Source: Eubacteriales bacterium (GTDB taxonomy: Bacteria > Bacillota > Clostridia > Oscillospirales > QAKW01). Taken from it: DNA of 52,694 bases. Numbering within the stretch: the stretch's first letter is position 1; each line of letters begins with the position of its first letter. The stretch spans positions 1-52,694 of the forward strand of contig JAZQDN010000089.1 in assembly GCA_045546815.1 (NCBI GenBank), given 5' to 3'. The position numbers and the translations under genes are program-made. Below, piece after piece: positions 44,599 through 52,694 of this stretch. The notes beneath the pieces are model-generated. The model was not told the origin of the DNA and did not search any database. It saw only the letters and a list, made by a program, of their open reading frames with translations.

Positions 44599-46242
44599 AT
44601 GATAACAATAAAAGCCGTATCGGCGCTTGAGAAAATACTTTTACACACAAACTATAACAGCTTAACCCCGCTCAAACGCTTAAAAGCAGCAAAGGGCGAG
44701 CGCGTGTCGTTTCAGCTCGCGCTCAAAAACGTACGCGCCGACTCCCGCCGCAAGATAGACACCCATTTCAAGCTCACGGGCGGGCTTGCAAAATATGCAA
44801 AGATGTTCCGCGTGGGTCACGTACCAGTACATCTTGCCGCGTTCGAGGGCACTGACGACAACTATATCAGCAAAGCACCCGGGCTTTACCCCGACGTGCT
44901 CTTTCCCATCGGTGAAAACGATATAGTCCCCATTGAAATCTCAAACGTCACAACAGTGTGGATAACGGTCGACCTGCCCAAAACGATCAAGGCGGGTGTT
45001 TACACAATCGGTGCAGAGGTGACAAGCGAAAAGTTTGAAAACGCCTTTGTAAAAACAATTGAGATCGAGGTCAAAAAGACGGTTATTGCGCAAAACGACT
45101 TGATATTCACACAGTGGCTGCACTGCGACTGCATCGCCGACTACTTTAAGGTTCCGATGATGAGCAAAAAGCATTGGACACTCATTGAGCAGTTTATAAA
45201 AACCGCGGCACACACAGGTATCACAATGCTTCTGACACCGCTGTTTACGCCGCCGCTCGATACAAAGATAGGCAGCGAGCGCCCGACAATGCAGCTTGTG
45301 ACGGTGAGCAAATCGGGTGATAAATACAGCTTTGACTTTTCGCTCCTTGACAAATGGGTAAAAATCTGCAAAAAGCACGGCATTAAGTACTATGAGATGT
45401 CGCATCTGTTCACGCAGTGGGGCGCGGGCTTTTGCCCCAAAATCATAGTTGACGGAAAAGCGGAGTTCGGTTGGCATACCGAGTCAACATCTGAAGAGTA
45501 TCAGAGCTTTTTAAAGCAGCTTTTGCCAAAGCTTACCGAGCACTTAAAAGAGCTCGGGATTGCAGAGTGTTGCTACTTCCACATCTCCGATGAGCCGTCA
45601 AACAAACCCGATAAGCCCGATTTTGACAACTATAAGGCGGCAAAAGAGGTCATCGCACCCTATCTTAAGGACTTTAAGCTTATGGATGCGCTGTCATCCC
45701 CCGATTACTTTGACGCAGGGCTTGTGGACACACCCGTGCCCTACATCTCGCACATCGACGAGTTTATGTCGCGAGATATAAAGGAACGCTGGTGCTACTA
45801 CTGCTGTACCTTTGAGCATCACGTGTCTGACAGACTGATGGCAATGCCGTCCGCGCGCACGCGCATACTCGGCACACAGCTTTTTATGTACGATATGTCG
45901 GGATTTTTGCAGTGGGGCTTTAACTACTACTATTCGGGTCACTCGCTCTACCCCATCGACCCGTTTTTTGTGACCGATGCCGACAACCAGTGGCCTGCAG
46001 GTAATGCGTTCACCGTTTATCCGTACAATGACGGCGCGATCGAGTCAATACGCTCTGCCGTTTTTTACGAGGGACTGCAGGACAGAATGCTTCTTAAAAT
46101 GCTCGCTGACAAAATCGGCAAGGACAAGGTAAAGAAGCTTGTAAATTCGCTTGCGGGTATGGACGTTACATATAGAGACTACCCCCGCGAAAAAGAATTT
46201 ATCACTCTGCTTCACGACACAGTCCTTGATATGTTAGGATAA
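44599..46242 (+). CDS. DUF4091-domain protein (GH123-like putative glycosidase), paralog
   Basis: 547 aa, collinear with 42936..44594, including CYFHISDEP and an almost identical C-terminus, ITL(V/L)HDTVLDMLG. Confidence 0.6.
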   Translation: MITIKAVSALEKILLHTNYNSLTPLKRLKAAKGERVSFQLALKNVRADSRRKIDTHFKLTGGLAKYAKMFRVGHVPVHLAAFEGTDDNYISKAPGLYPDVLFPIGENDIVPIEISNVTTVWITVDLPKTIKAGVYTIGAEVTSEKFENAFVKTIEIEVKKTVIAQNDLIFTQWLHCDCIADYFKVPMMSKKHWTLIEQFIKTAAHTGITMLLTPLFTPPLDTKIGSERPTMQLVTVSKSGDKYSFDFSLLDKWVKICKKHGIKYYEMSHLFTQWGAGFCPKIIVDGKAEFGWHTESTSEEYQSFLKQLLPKLTEHLKELGIAECCYFHISDEPSNKPDKPDFDNYKAAKEVIAPYLKDFKLMDALSSPDYFDAGLVDTPVPYISHIDEFMSRDIKERWCYYCCTFEHHVSDRLMAMPSARTRILGTQLFMYDMSGFLQWGFNYYYSGHSLYPIDPFFVTDADNQWPAGNAFTVYPYNDGAIESIRSAVFYEGLQDRMLLKMLADKIGKDKVKKLVNSLAGMDVTYRDYPREKEFITLLHDTVLDMLG

Positions 46243-46245
46243 AAG

Positions 46246-46280
46246 AAAAAAGACAAGCTCAATTGAGCTTGTCTTTTTTT
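46246..46280. terminator. Bidirectional terminator between the second DUF4091 gene and nagA
   Basis: 10-bp stem AGACAAGCTC/GAGCTTGTCT flanked by A and T runs. The left arm and loop contain the nagA stop codon and the right arm encodes its last residues. Confidence 0.75.
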
Positions 46281-47386
46281 ATGTTAAGATTTTCGTCAAA
46301 CACGGTAAACACCGCGCTATAACCTTGCTTTATCTGCCCGTAGCCGTCAAGACCCATAACCGTTGCGGGCGTTTTTGTCAGCATGGTAACAACATCGGCA
46401 AGCGGTATTCCCGCCGCCACCGTTTTTTGCAAAAGTCGGTCGACCGTCGCAATACTGCCCGCAAACGCCGAGCGGTCAGCAAGCTTTGCAACGCCGTCCT
46501 CAATAACGTAGGGGATTTTGCCGTTATACTCGTTTGCACCCTCGCACCCTGCAAACCGTATCGCGTCTGTCACAAGGCAAAGGCGGTCCGCACCCTTGAT
46601 CTTATATATCATCTGCATAAGCTCAGGGGGTATATGCGCGCCGTCACCGATAACCTCGGCATACATTCCGTCTGTAAGAAACGCCGACTCAATAACACCG
46701 AGTTTTCTGAAGCCGCCTTCACGTGTCACGGTCGACGTGCACGAATACAGATGGGTAACAAGGCGGTTTCCGCCGTCATATGCGCGCATCATATCATCAT
46801 ATTTTGCGCTTGTGTGCGCACTTGATGCAACAATATTGTTTTTTGTAAGAAAATTCAAAAATCCGTTATCGGCATCCCGCTCGGGAGCGTAGTCCCACCG
46901 CGCAATAACGTCCGAATACCGATTTACGATTTCGGTGTACTCGTTTTTGTCGGGAAAGCGTATAATGCTCGCATCCTGCGCACCGCACATTTCAGGGCAC
47001 AGATACGGTCCCTCGAGATGCGCGCCCGCGATATAGAGCGGTGCCTTGTCACGCGCGCCCGCAATCGCCTCAAGCGCCCTGCAAGTCGTGTCAAAATCGG
47101 TCGCTGAAACGGTAGGATAGAGCACGCGTGTGCCGTTTTTCGCGTGGATCTCACACGCTTTTAACACGCTCTCCTGCGTACCGTCAATAAACTCATACCC
47201 CGCGCCGCCGTGACAGTGCAGATCAATAAACCCCGCGCTGATATAATCACCGCCGAGCTCAACCGTCTCACATCCGTCAGGACAAGAATCGGTTATTTGT
47301 ACGATTTTATTATCTTTTACCAGAATGCCGCAGTTTTCGAGTATCTTGCCGTCCGTTATAATTTTACAATCAGTAATATATTTCAT
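46259..47386 (-). CDS. nagA: N-acetylglucosamine-6-phosphate deacetylase
   Basis: Amidohydrolase motif FIDLHCHGGAGYEF. 375 aa. Directly downstream of nagB. Confidence 0.85.
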   Translation of the reverse strand: MKYITDCKIITDGKILENCGILVKDNKIVQITDSCPDGCETVELGGDYISAGFIDLHCHGGAGYEFIDGTQESVLKACEIHAKNGTRVLYPTVSATDFDTTCRALEAIAGARDKAPLYIAGAHLEGPYLCPEMCGAQDASIIRFPDKNEYTEIVNRYSDVIARWDYAPERDADNGFLNFLTKNNIVASSAHTSAKYDDMMRAYDGGNRLVTHLYSCTSTVTREGGFRKLGVIESAFLTDGMYAEVIGDGAHIPPELMQMIYKIKGADRLCLVTDAIRFAGCEGANEYNGKIPYVIEDGVAKLADRSAFAGSIATVDRLLQKTVAAGIPLADVVTMLTKTPATVMGLDGYGQIKQGYSAVFTVFDENLNIKKDKLN

Positions 47387-47389
47387 AAT

Positions 47390-48154
47390 TTATACAAGAG
47401 CCGCGCTGTCCGCGTCGCAGTACATAACCGAGCCGTCAGTCACGCGCATAACCGTTGCGGGACACCACTCGCCTATCTCACCTGTCACCGTATTTTTTAC
47501 CGCCTGCGCCTTTGTGCTTGCGGGCACAACGCAAAAGCGGTATGCAGGCTTTGTGAGTGCAGGCACTGTAAGAGTGAGCGCAAACTTCGGCACGTCATCT
47601 ATCTTTTCAAAGCAGCCGTCGTTTACCTGCTGCATACGGCAGACATCGTCAAGATCAACGATCTTAACAAGCGCCTCGTCGTTAAAGCTTGCAACGTGCG
47701 GGTCGTTAAAGGCGATATGTCCGTTTTCGCCGATGCCGAGGCAGACAATGTCGGCAGGGTTATCCTTTAAAAGCGTTGCATAGCGCTCCGCCTCTGCTTT
47801 GGGGTCAGTGGCAGTCGGGTCGATAAGATTTACCGACTTAAAGGGCACCTTATCAAAAATAGCATTTTTCAAAAAGTTTGAAAACGCCTGCGGTGCGCCC
47901 GCGGGCAGTCCGACATACTCGTCCATATGATACGCATTTATTTTTTGCCACTCAATACTGCTGTCCTCTACAAGATATTTAAGCAGCTCGTTTTGCGAGG
48001 GGGCAGCTGCAAAAATTATGTTAAGGCTGTCCTTTGTCTTTAAGAGCTCTTTTATGCATAAGGCAGCATCTGCCGCCGCTGCACGCCCCATCTCATCGCG
48101 GGTTTCATATATGTTTACTGAAAGCTTGTCTTTTACAATCTGTCTCATAGCCAT
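47390..48154 (-). CDS. nagB: Glucosamine-6-phosphate deaminase
   Basis: NIIFAAAPSQ...INAYHMDEYVGL and GIGENGHIAFN motifs. Confidence 0.9.
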   Translation of the reverse strand: MAMRQIVKDKLSVNIYETRDEMGRAAAADAALCIKELLKTKDSLNIIFAAAPSQNELLKYLVEDSSIEWQKINAYHMDEYVGLPAGAPQAFSNFLKNAIFDKVPFKSVNLIDPTATDPKAEAERYATLLKDNPADIVCLGIGENGHIAFNDPHVASFNDEALVKIVDLDDVCRMQQVNDGCFEKIDDVPKFALTLTVPALTKPAYRFCVVPASTKAQAVKNTVTGEIGEWCPATVMRVTDGSVMYCDADSAALV

Positions 48155-48168
48155 TCTCCTTTTTGTAT

Positions 48169-48197
48169 ATTATAAACCCTCTCTATATAAAAATCAA
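48169..48197 (-). promoter_or_regulatory. Possible promoter for nagB-nagA
   Basis: Minus strand: TTGATT, 17 nt, TATAAT. Very short leader. Confidence 0.4.
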
Positions 48198-48202
48198 ACA
48201 TT

Positions 48203-48236
48203 CTTTATTGTAAAATGCAAAATAAAGCGTTATAAT
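48203..48236 (+). promoter_or_regulatory. Promoter for the AGE/aldolase-like pair with an overlapping inverted repeat
   Basis: TTGTAA (48208-48213), 17 nt, TATAAT (48231-48236). The inverted repeat CTTTATT-N11-AATAAAG (48203-48227) covers the -35. Confidence 0.5.
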
Positions 48237-48261
48237 ATCGTTTAAAGGAGATATTTTAAAA

Positions 48262-49554
48262 ATGGCTGATTTCAATACAAAGCACTATCTCGATTTTTTC
48301 AAAACCGAGCTTAAAGAAAATCTACTGTGGTTTTGGATGCCTCGTTGTCTTGACAGTGAGTACGGCGGTTATTTCAACTGCTTTACAAACGACGGCAGCC
48401 GGCTTGTTTCAAAGGACAAATACGTCTGGTCGCAGGGCAGATTTTTGTGGACATTTTCAATGCTGTCAACAATGAATATGTTTACTGACAGCGAGCGCGC
48501 CGAGTTTTTACGCTATGCAAAGTCGGGACGCGACTTTTTGCTTAAAAACGTGCTTATTGCCAAGGACGACTGGCGTTGCGTTTTCCTTTTGGAGCGCGAC
48601 GGCACACCCAAATATGTCGACGGCTTTAAAGAGCTCGATATGAGCATATCGGCTGACTGCTTTGTTTTGGCAGGCTTTGCAAAATATGCCGTCTGCGCAA
48701 ACGACCGCGAGAGCTACGAGTTTGCAAAAAGGCTGGGGCAGTCTGTGTGGGAGCGCTACAACTCGGGCAACTACCGCTCGCTTCCCTATCCGCTGTCGCC
48801 AAAATTTGACAGCCACGCAAGACCTATGATCCAGACCAACGTAAACTGTGAGCTGTACCGTGCGGCACTGGTCTTTGACCCCGACTATGCAAAAGAGCTT
48901 AAAAAGAATATCGACTACTGTCATACACTCGATTTTGAACGCTTTTGCGATAACAACAATCTTATACACGAGTTTACATATGCAGACGGGGCGTGGGCTG
49001 ACAACCTTTTCGGTCAGCACATAAACCCCGGTCACACCATCGAGGATATGTGGTTTCAGTACGATGCCGCAACAATTCTCGGCTCTGACAGATACTCAAA
49101 AACAATAGCCGACGTTGTAAAGGCAACCTTCACACTCGGCTGGGACGACGAGTTCGGCGGTCTTTACCACTTTATCGGTATTGACGGCAGTATGGAGGGC
49201 TGTGACGGCGACGCGGCTGACGAGTCACAGCTGAAGCTTGTAAAAGACGACTGGGGCAGTAAGCTGTGGTGGGTGCACTCGGAAGCGCTGTACACCACAC
49301 TGCTGATGTATGACATCACCGATGATGCCGAATTTTTGGATATGTTTAACCGAGTGTTTGACTATACCTACAAAACCTTCCCCAACCCTGACCGCAACAT
49401 CCGCGAGTGGATTCAGATACGCACCCGCGAGGGCGCACCGCAAGACAAGGTGGTTGCACTGCCCGTAAAAGACCCGTACCACATAATGCGAAACGTAATT
49501 TTAATAATTGAACTGTTACAAAATAGACTTGAGAGGGAAAAATATGAACACTAA
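48262..49554 (+). CDS. N-acylglucosamine 2-epimerase (AGE) superfamily isomerase/epimerase
   Basis: (alpha/alpha)6-type AGE hallmarks: DSEYGGYFNCF, KYVWSQGRFLWTFS, NPGHTIEDMWF. Substrate not assignable. Confidence 0.65.
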   Translation: MADFNTKHYLDFFKTELKENLLWFWMPRCLDSEYGGYFNCFTNDGSRLVSKDKYVWSQGRFLWTFSMLSTMNMFTDSERAEFLRYAKSGRDFLLKNVLIAKDDWRCVFLLERDGTPKYVDGFKELDMSISADCFVLAGFAKYAVCANDRESYEFAKRLGQSVWERYNSGNYRSLPYPLSPKFDSHARPMIQTNVNCELYRAALVFDPDYAKELKKNIDYCHTLDFERFCDNNNLIHEFTYADGAWADNLFGQHINPGHTIEDMWFQYDAATILGSDRYSKTIADVVKATFTLGWDDEFGGLYHFIGIDGSMEGCDGDAADESQLKLVKDDWGSKLWWVHSEALYTTLLMYDITDDAEFLDMFNRVFDYTYKTFPNPDRNIREWIQIRTREGAPQDKVVALPVKDPYHIMRNVILIIELLQNRLEREKYEH

Positions 49555-50308
49555 ACTTTTAACAGCATACAAAAACGCATATAAGCAGGCGTTTATACCC
49601 ATTTTTGTGCATGACGCGTTTGACACAGACACACTTATCGAGGGCTGTCTGCTCGCAGGCGTAGGGGCGGTTGAGTACACCCTTCGCCGTCACGACGCAA
49701 ACACGGTTTTGCCGACGCTCAAAGAACGTATGAAGGGCGTGTCCGTCTTTGTCGGCAGTACAATTGATGATGACAATATCGTTATGCAGATGAAAAAGAA
49801 AAATCCGCAGCTTATGACAATCGGCGAGCTTGCACCGTTTGTTGACGGACTTGTATCAATGCTGCCCTACAGCGACAAAACCATCGAAAAATACAAGGAT
49901 ACGCACATTATAATCCCAACCGCACAGACAAGCGGCGAGGCACTGCGGCAGATGTCGGCAGGTGCGACGTTTATAAAGGTGTGCGGACCCGACTTTTCTT
50001 TTTCAAAGTCGCTCCACGCCGCGCCCACCTTTAACTACTGCCCCACCTTTATAACGGGCGGCGTCACAATAGAGCGTATGGATGAGGCATACAGCGCAGG
50101 CAACGTGCTGACCGCGGCGGGCTTTGACCTTATTTTAAAGGGTGAGGACCCCGACACACTCACACCGCAGCGTGTCTGCGACAGACTGCTCGAGTTTATA
50201 AACGCGGCAAAGGCGGCTCGCGCAAAGCTGTTACCCGAGCTTGAGGATATTGAAAATATGACTGATGACGAATTTATATCGGCACTCCCCAACTATTTCA
50301 GTTTATAA
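49544..50308 (+). CDS. KDPG/KHG (Eda)-family aldolase-like TIM-barrel protein, divergent
   Basis: Start set to MNTKLL (GAGAGGGAA upstream). By eye it aligns to Eda: IPIFV, VEYTLR (Glu/Arg), VGSTI, FIKVCGP (candidate Schiff-base Lys), CPTFITGG. Confidence 0.5.
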   Translation: MNTKLLTAYKNAYKQAFIPIFVHDAFDTDTLIEGCLLAGVGAVEYTLRRHDANTVLPTLKERMKGVSVFVGSTIDDDNIVMQMKKKNPQLMTIGELAPFVDGLVSMLPYSDKTIEKYKDTHIIIPTAQTSGEALRQMSAGATFIKVCGPDFSFSKSLHAAPTFNYCPTFITGGVTIERMDEAYSAGNVLTAAGFDLILKGEDPDTLTPQRVCDRLLEFINAAKAARAKLLPELEDIENMTDDEFISALPNYFSL

Positions 50309-50354
50309 CTCCCCGAGCCTTTCCTTGTCAAGAGAGGTAGTGGCAAATTAAACC

Positions 50355-50387
50355 AAAAAGGTAGAATCAAACGATTCTACCTTTTTT
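50355..50387. terminator. Bidirectional terminator between the aldolase-like and HAD genes
   Basis: 10-bp stem AGGTAGAATC/GATTCTACCT flanked by A5 and T5 runs. Confidence 0.75.
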
Positions 50388-51099
50388 ATACAATATCCAA
50401 TATATCAATCACATTGTCAACCACAAGCTCGGGCATATACTTATTGTCGATCGACCAGGGCGAGCGCGAGCGCACCCATATCGGCTTAAAGCCACTGTTT
50501 ATCGCGCCCATAATATCACAGCGCGGACTGTCACCGACGTAATAGATCTCGCTCGGCTCAAGACCCATCTTTTTTGCGGTGTGCAAAAATATGGATGGGT
50601 TTGGCTTTCTGTAGTCGTTGTTATTGTCACAGCCGCACATCTGCATTGAATACTCACCCGAAATTACAACCACGTCAAAGTATTGTCGGATGTTGAGCGT
50701 ATTCATCTTTTTATTCTGATATTCAACGTTTGCTGCATTTGTTAAAATCGCGAGCTTGTAACCCCTGTCCTTAAGCTCCTGCAAAAACTCGTGGATACCC
50801 TCAAAGTTGACTCCGACCGTCCGAAATCCGTTTGCCGCAAAGCCCGAAAACTTCTGGTAATCGGGAATATTGTCCGAGTTAAAAAAGTTTTCCCTCACCA
50901 GCGCTTCGTAAACACCCGGCCAGTCACCGTTGTGCACATACACCGACTCGGTGTGAAACAGATGCTGCAGCGCCATGTCAAGATCGTATGCAGGGTTTAT
51001 GTATTTTTTTGCGCGGTCCCAGCCGCTCGTTACAAAGCTGCCTATCGTCGCATATCTGTCATAAAGCGTGTTGTCTAAATCGAATGCAATGCCTTTCAT
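50386..51099 (-). CDS. HAD-superfamily hydrolase
   Basis: Motif I FDLDNTLY, motif III/IV region YYVGDSPRCDIMGA. Confidence 0.75.
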   Translation of the reverse strand: MKGIAFDLDNTLYDRYATIGSFVTSGWDRAKKYINPAYDLDMALQHLFHTESVYVHNGDWPGVYEALVRENFFNSDNIPDYQKFSGFAANGFRTVGVNFEGIHEFLQELKDRGYKLAILTNAANVEYQNKKMNTLNIRQYFDVVVISGEYSMQMCGCDNNNDYRKPNPSIFLHTAKKMGLEPSEIYYVGDSPRCDIMGAINSGFKPIWVRSRSPWSIDNKYMPELVVDNVIDILDIV

Positions 51100-51135
51100 A
51101 AGAGATCCCCTTGTGATTTTTTAAAAATTATACAC

Positions 51136-52590
51136 TTATCCAAAAGCAAAGTCAAGTTCGGGGAACGCTTTCCACTCGTCAGTCGACGTAATTATGTCTG
51201 TAATTTTATCTATGGCCTCCAAAAACGCTCTTGCCTTGTCGTCGTAGCCCACACCGCCAATGGCAATGTTGGTGCAGTCGACCGTTTTGGTAAGCTGCGG
51301 CGTTGTAACCGTAAGAATTATCGTTCTCGACGGACTGCTCGTCGTGATTATATCTGATTCAGGGTCGTTAAGCGGATCGTATTTATCGGGGTACGCCCCA
51401 ATATCAAGTCCATCTATTATCTGTTTGATTTCATTTAATTTATCTTCTTTTAAAAACATCGTCGCAGTGTAGTCGTTTATATTCTGCGAGTGCTTTGTGC
51501 GAATAAGTGTGCCGCTTTGGCTGTCATAGCTGCTTGTGCCCTCGATTCCAAAGGTCAGCGAGAATTTAAAGTCGCTCTGCTCTGTCCATCTCGTTTCACG
51601 CTCACCGTAAAACTGTATCTGCTCGTCCACTATCTGCTTTTGCTCGTCTGTCGGTGCAAAGCGCGGGTCGCTGTAGGTAAAATCGGGTTTTCCCTGATGC
51701 TCGGTAAACGTTTCGTTATAATACTTGTTAAAATTCAGTATGGCAAAGCGCTCGTATTCCTGCTCCTTGCACAGCTTAATGTCTTTATCCAAAATATACT
51801 TTTTGTATCTTGCATAATCTATGCCGTCGTTTGTATCGGTTGTCGGCGTATACTCAACATCAAGCCTGAGTGCTTTAAATGCTGTCGGCACTTCATAATA
51901 ATTCTTTTCAAGGTTGTAACCCGCAACAAGATAGTCCATCCCCAAAAAGATGTAGCCGCTGCACTCCGAGCTGTCTACCACCTGCATTTTTCCGTCTTTA
52001 TGGCCTACGGCAAAGCTATCGCAGACCCAGACGTAGTCGCCCGGTCTTACCGTTCCGTAATACGCTTCCTTTACCAAAAACTCAACATAGGTGACACCCC
52101 AATGCTCATCTATTTGCTCATCACCGACATAATAGCCCACCTTTTGCACGGTGCGGCCTGTGGGTGTGCCTCTGAAGGTAATGTTGTTTAATAGGTTATT
52201 ATACGCTTCCCAATGCTCTACGCTTTTGCGAGAGCCTTCGCTGTATACGTCGGGCTTGTAGGCGGTATCGGTATAATCTGCCGCCGAAACGTCGTAGTTT
52301 ATAATCGAATAGTCGCCGTTATGGTCAATTGCAACCGTACCGCCGCCGTGCGCATCATAAAGACGCTTTGCCTTGGGGTCGGTTTCGGGGTCAACAATCT
52401 TTTCATATTCATATATAATGTCTTCTAAAGGAAAATGCTCGCGCTCGCTCTGCTGTACAGTGGGTACGCCGTCTGCCCCCTCCGCCTCCGAGAGCGGCAC
52501 TTCAATATTTTCGTTTACGACCTTGCGCTTACACGATGCCATGTTTAAAATCACAGCCAAAGCAAATAATAGTAAAATATATTTTTTCAT
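51136..52590 (-). CDS. Exported lipoprotein of unknown function
   Basis: Start set to MKKYILLLFALAVILNMASC at 52590 (AAGGAGGTT upstream). Lipobox Cys. No family recognised. Confidence 0.7.
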   Translation of the reverse strand: MKKYILLLFALAVILNMASCKRKVVNENIEVPLSEAEGADGVPTVQQSEREHFPLEDIIYEYEKIVDPETDPKAKRLYDAHGGGTVAIDHNGDYSIINYDVSAADYTDTAYKPDVYSEGSRKSVEHWEAYNNLLNNITFRGTPTGRTVQKVGYYVGDEQIDEHWGVTYVEFLVKEAYYGTVRPGDYVWVCDSFAVGHKDGKMQVVDSSECSGYIFLGMDYLVAGYNLEKNYYEVPTAFKALRLDVEYTPTTDTNDGIDYARYKKYILDKDIKLCKEQEYERFAILNFNKYYNETFTEHQGKPDFTYSDPRFAPTDEQKQIVDEQIQFYGERETRWTEQSDFKFSLTFGIEGTSSYDSQSGTLIRTKHSQNINDYTATMFLKEDKLNEIKQIIDGLDIGAYPDKYDPLNDPESDIITTSSPSRTIILTVTTPQLTKTVDCTNIAIGGVGYDDKARAFLEAIDKITDIITSTDEWKAFPELDFAFG

Positions 52591-52610
52591 AGCATAACCT
52601 CCTTTATATA

Positions 52611-52641
52611 TAAATGTAACAAGACCGCCAAAATGTTTCAA
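52611..52641 (-). promoter_or_regulatory. Motif-type promoter (copy c): TTGAAACATTTTG ... CATTTATATA
   Basis: Minus strand: TGAAAC (52635-52640), an 18-nt spacer, CATTTA (52611-52616). Upstream of the gene starting at 52590. Confidence 0.5.
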
Positions 52642-52666
52642 TTTTCTGAAAAAGTTTTTAAATAAA

Positions 52667-52694
52667 AAACCTGCAAGGATATCCTTGCAGGTTT
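52667..52694 (-). terminator. Terminator of a minus-strand gene lying beyond the right window edge
   Basis: Perfect 14+14 palindrome AAACCTGCAAGGAT/ATCCTTGCAGGTTT followed on the minus strand by TTTTTATTT. Confidence 0.65.

Noticed and set aside
44957-44965. Perfect DnaA box TGTGGATAA, and a search for oriC near the rpmH cluster.
   Set aside because: It is a single box inside a coding region. There is no cluster, no AT-rich DUE and no dnaA, so I cannot call an origin.
1-52694. Search for tRNA, rRNA, CRISPR arrays, riboswitches or T-boxes, transposases, integrases, toxin-antitoxin pairs and known defence genes.
   Set aside because: No intergenic region other than 17479-17789 is long enough for a structured RNA gene. 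No spaced direct-repeat arrays are present, and no ORF has recognisable recombinase, nuclease or defence motifs. A covariance-model scan would be needed to be certain.

Overview
This 52.7-kb chromosomal window looks like a Gram-positive-type bacterium, probably Bacillota/Clostridia. That guess rests on strong GGAGG-type ribosome-binding sites, textbook TTGACA-17-TATAAT promoters, single-chain GlyQS, SLH and copper-amine-oxidase-like surface domains, and a jag/yidC/yidD/rnpA/rpmH cluster. All calls come from reading the sequence and ORF track and from remembered family motifs. No searches were run.

Gene content, left to right:
- A truncated hemolysin-III gene and an orphan lipoprotein.
- LysR/YitT, then an ABC-MATE efflux operon and a metallophosphoesterase.
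- A six-gene overlapping operon: recA-recX-rimO-pgsA-cysE-cysS.
- Two tandem cytoplasmic GH20 hexosaminidase paralogs and a small DUF-like gene.
- A 197-bp nested palindromic repeat element.
- mnmE, an orphan insert, then jag-yidC-yidD-rnpA-rpmH, with PHP-glyQS immediately upstream of rpmH (further right on the minus strand).
- pgeF plus an orphan family-5 substrate-binding lipoprotein.
- A cell-envelope cluster: heparinase II/III-like surface protein, a 55-aa membrane peptide, a GtrA-like protein and an SLH protein.
- prfB, which has no frameshift site.
- A tightly coupled plus-strand block: membrane protein, lepA, GH78 rhamnosidase, hemW, TSCPD, U32, a zinc-ribbon protein and a TPM-like protein.
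- Two tandem DUF4091 (GH123-like) paralogs.
- nagA-nagB, divergent from an AGE-family epimerase plus a KDPG-aldolase-like gene.
- A HAD hydrolase and a second orphan lipoprotein.

I found no rRNA, tRNA, CRISPR array, transposase, integrase, recognisable defence system or toxin-antitoxin pair.

Most unusual signals:
1. A 13-nt motif, TTGAAACATTTT(T)G, sits exactly 18 nt upstream of CAT(A/T)TATA in front of three unrelated-looking orphan exported-protein genes. It may mark a small regulon using an alternative sigma factor or a dedicated regulator.
2. The nested palindrome is built from two inverted copies of a GGGGAGCTG-hairpin-CTGAGGGG unit.
3. Several housekeeping operons carry unexpected passengers: GH78 inside lepA-hemW, and a ydjG/ydjH-like ZnR+TPM pair without pspA.
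4. An AGE-epimerase/Eda-like aldolase pair lies beside nagBA.

I cannot point to a complete, clearly novel multi-gene system. The items above are leads, not demonstrations.
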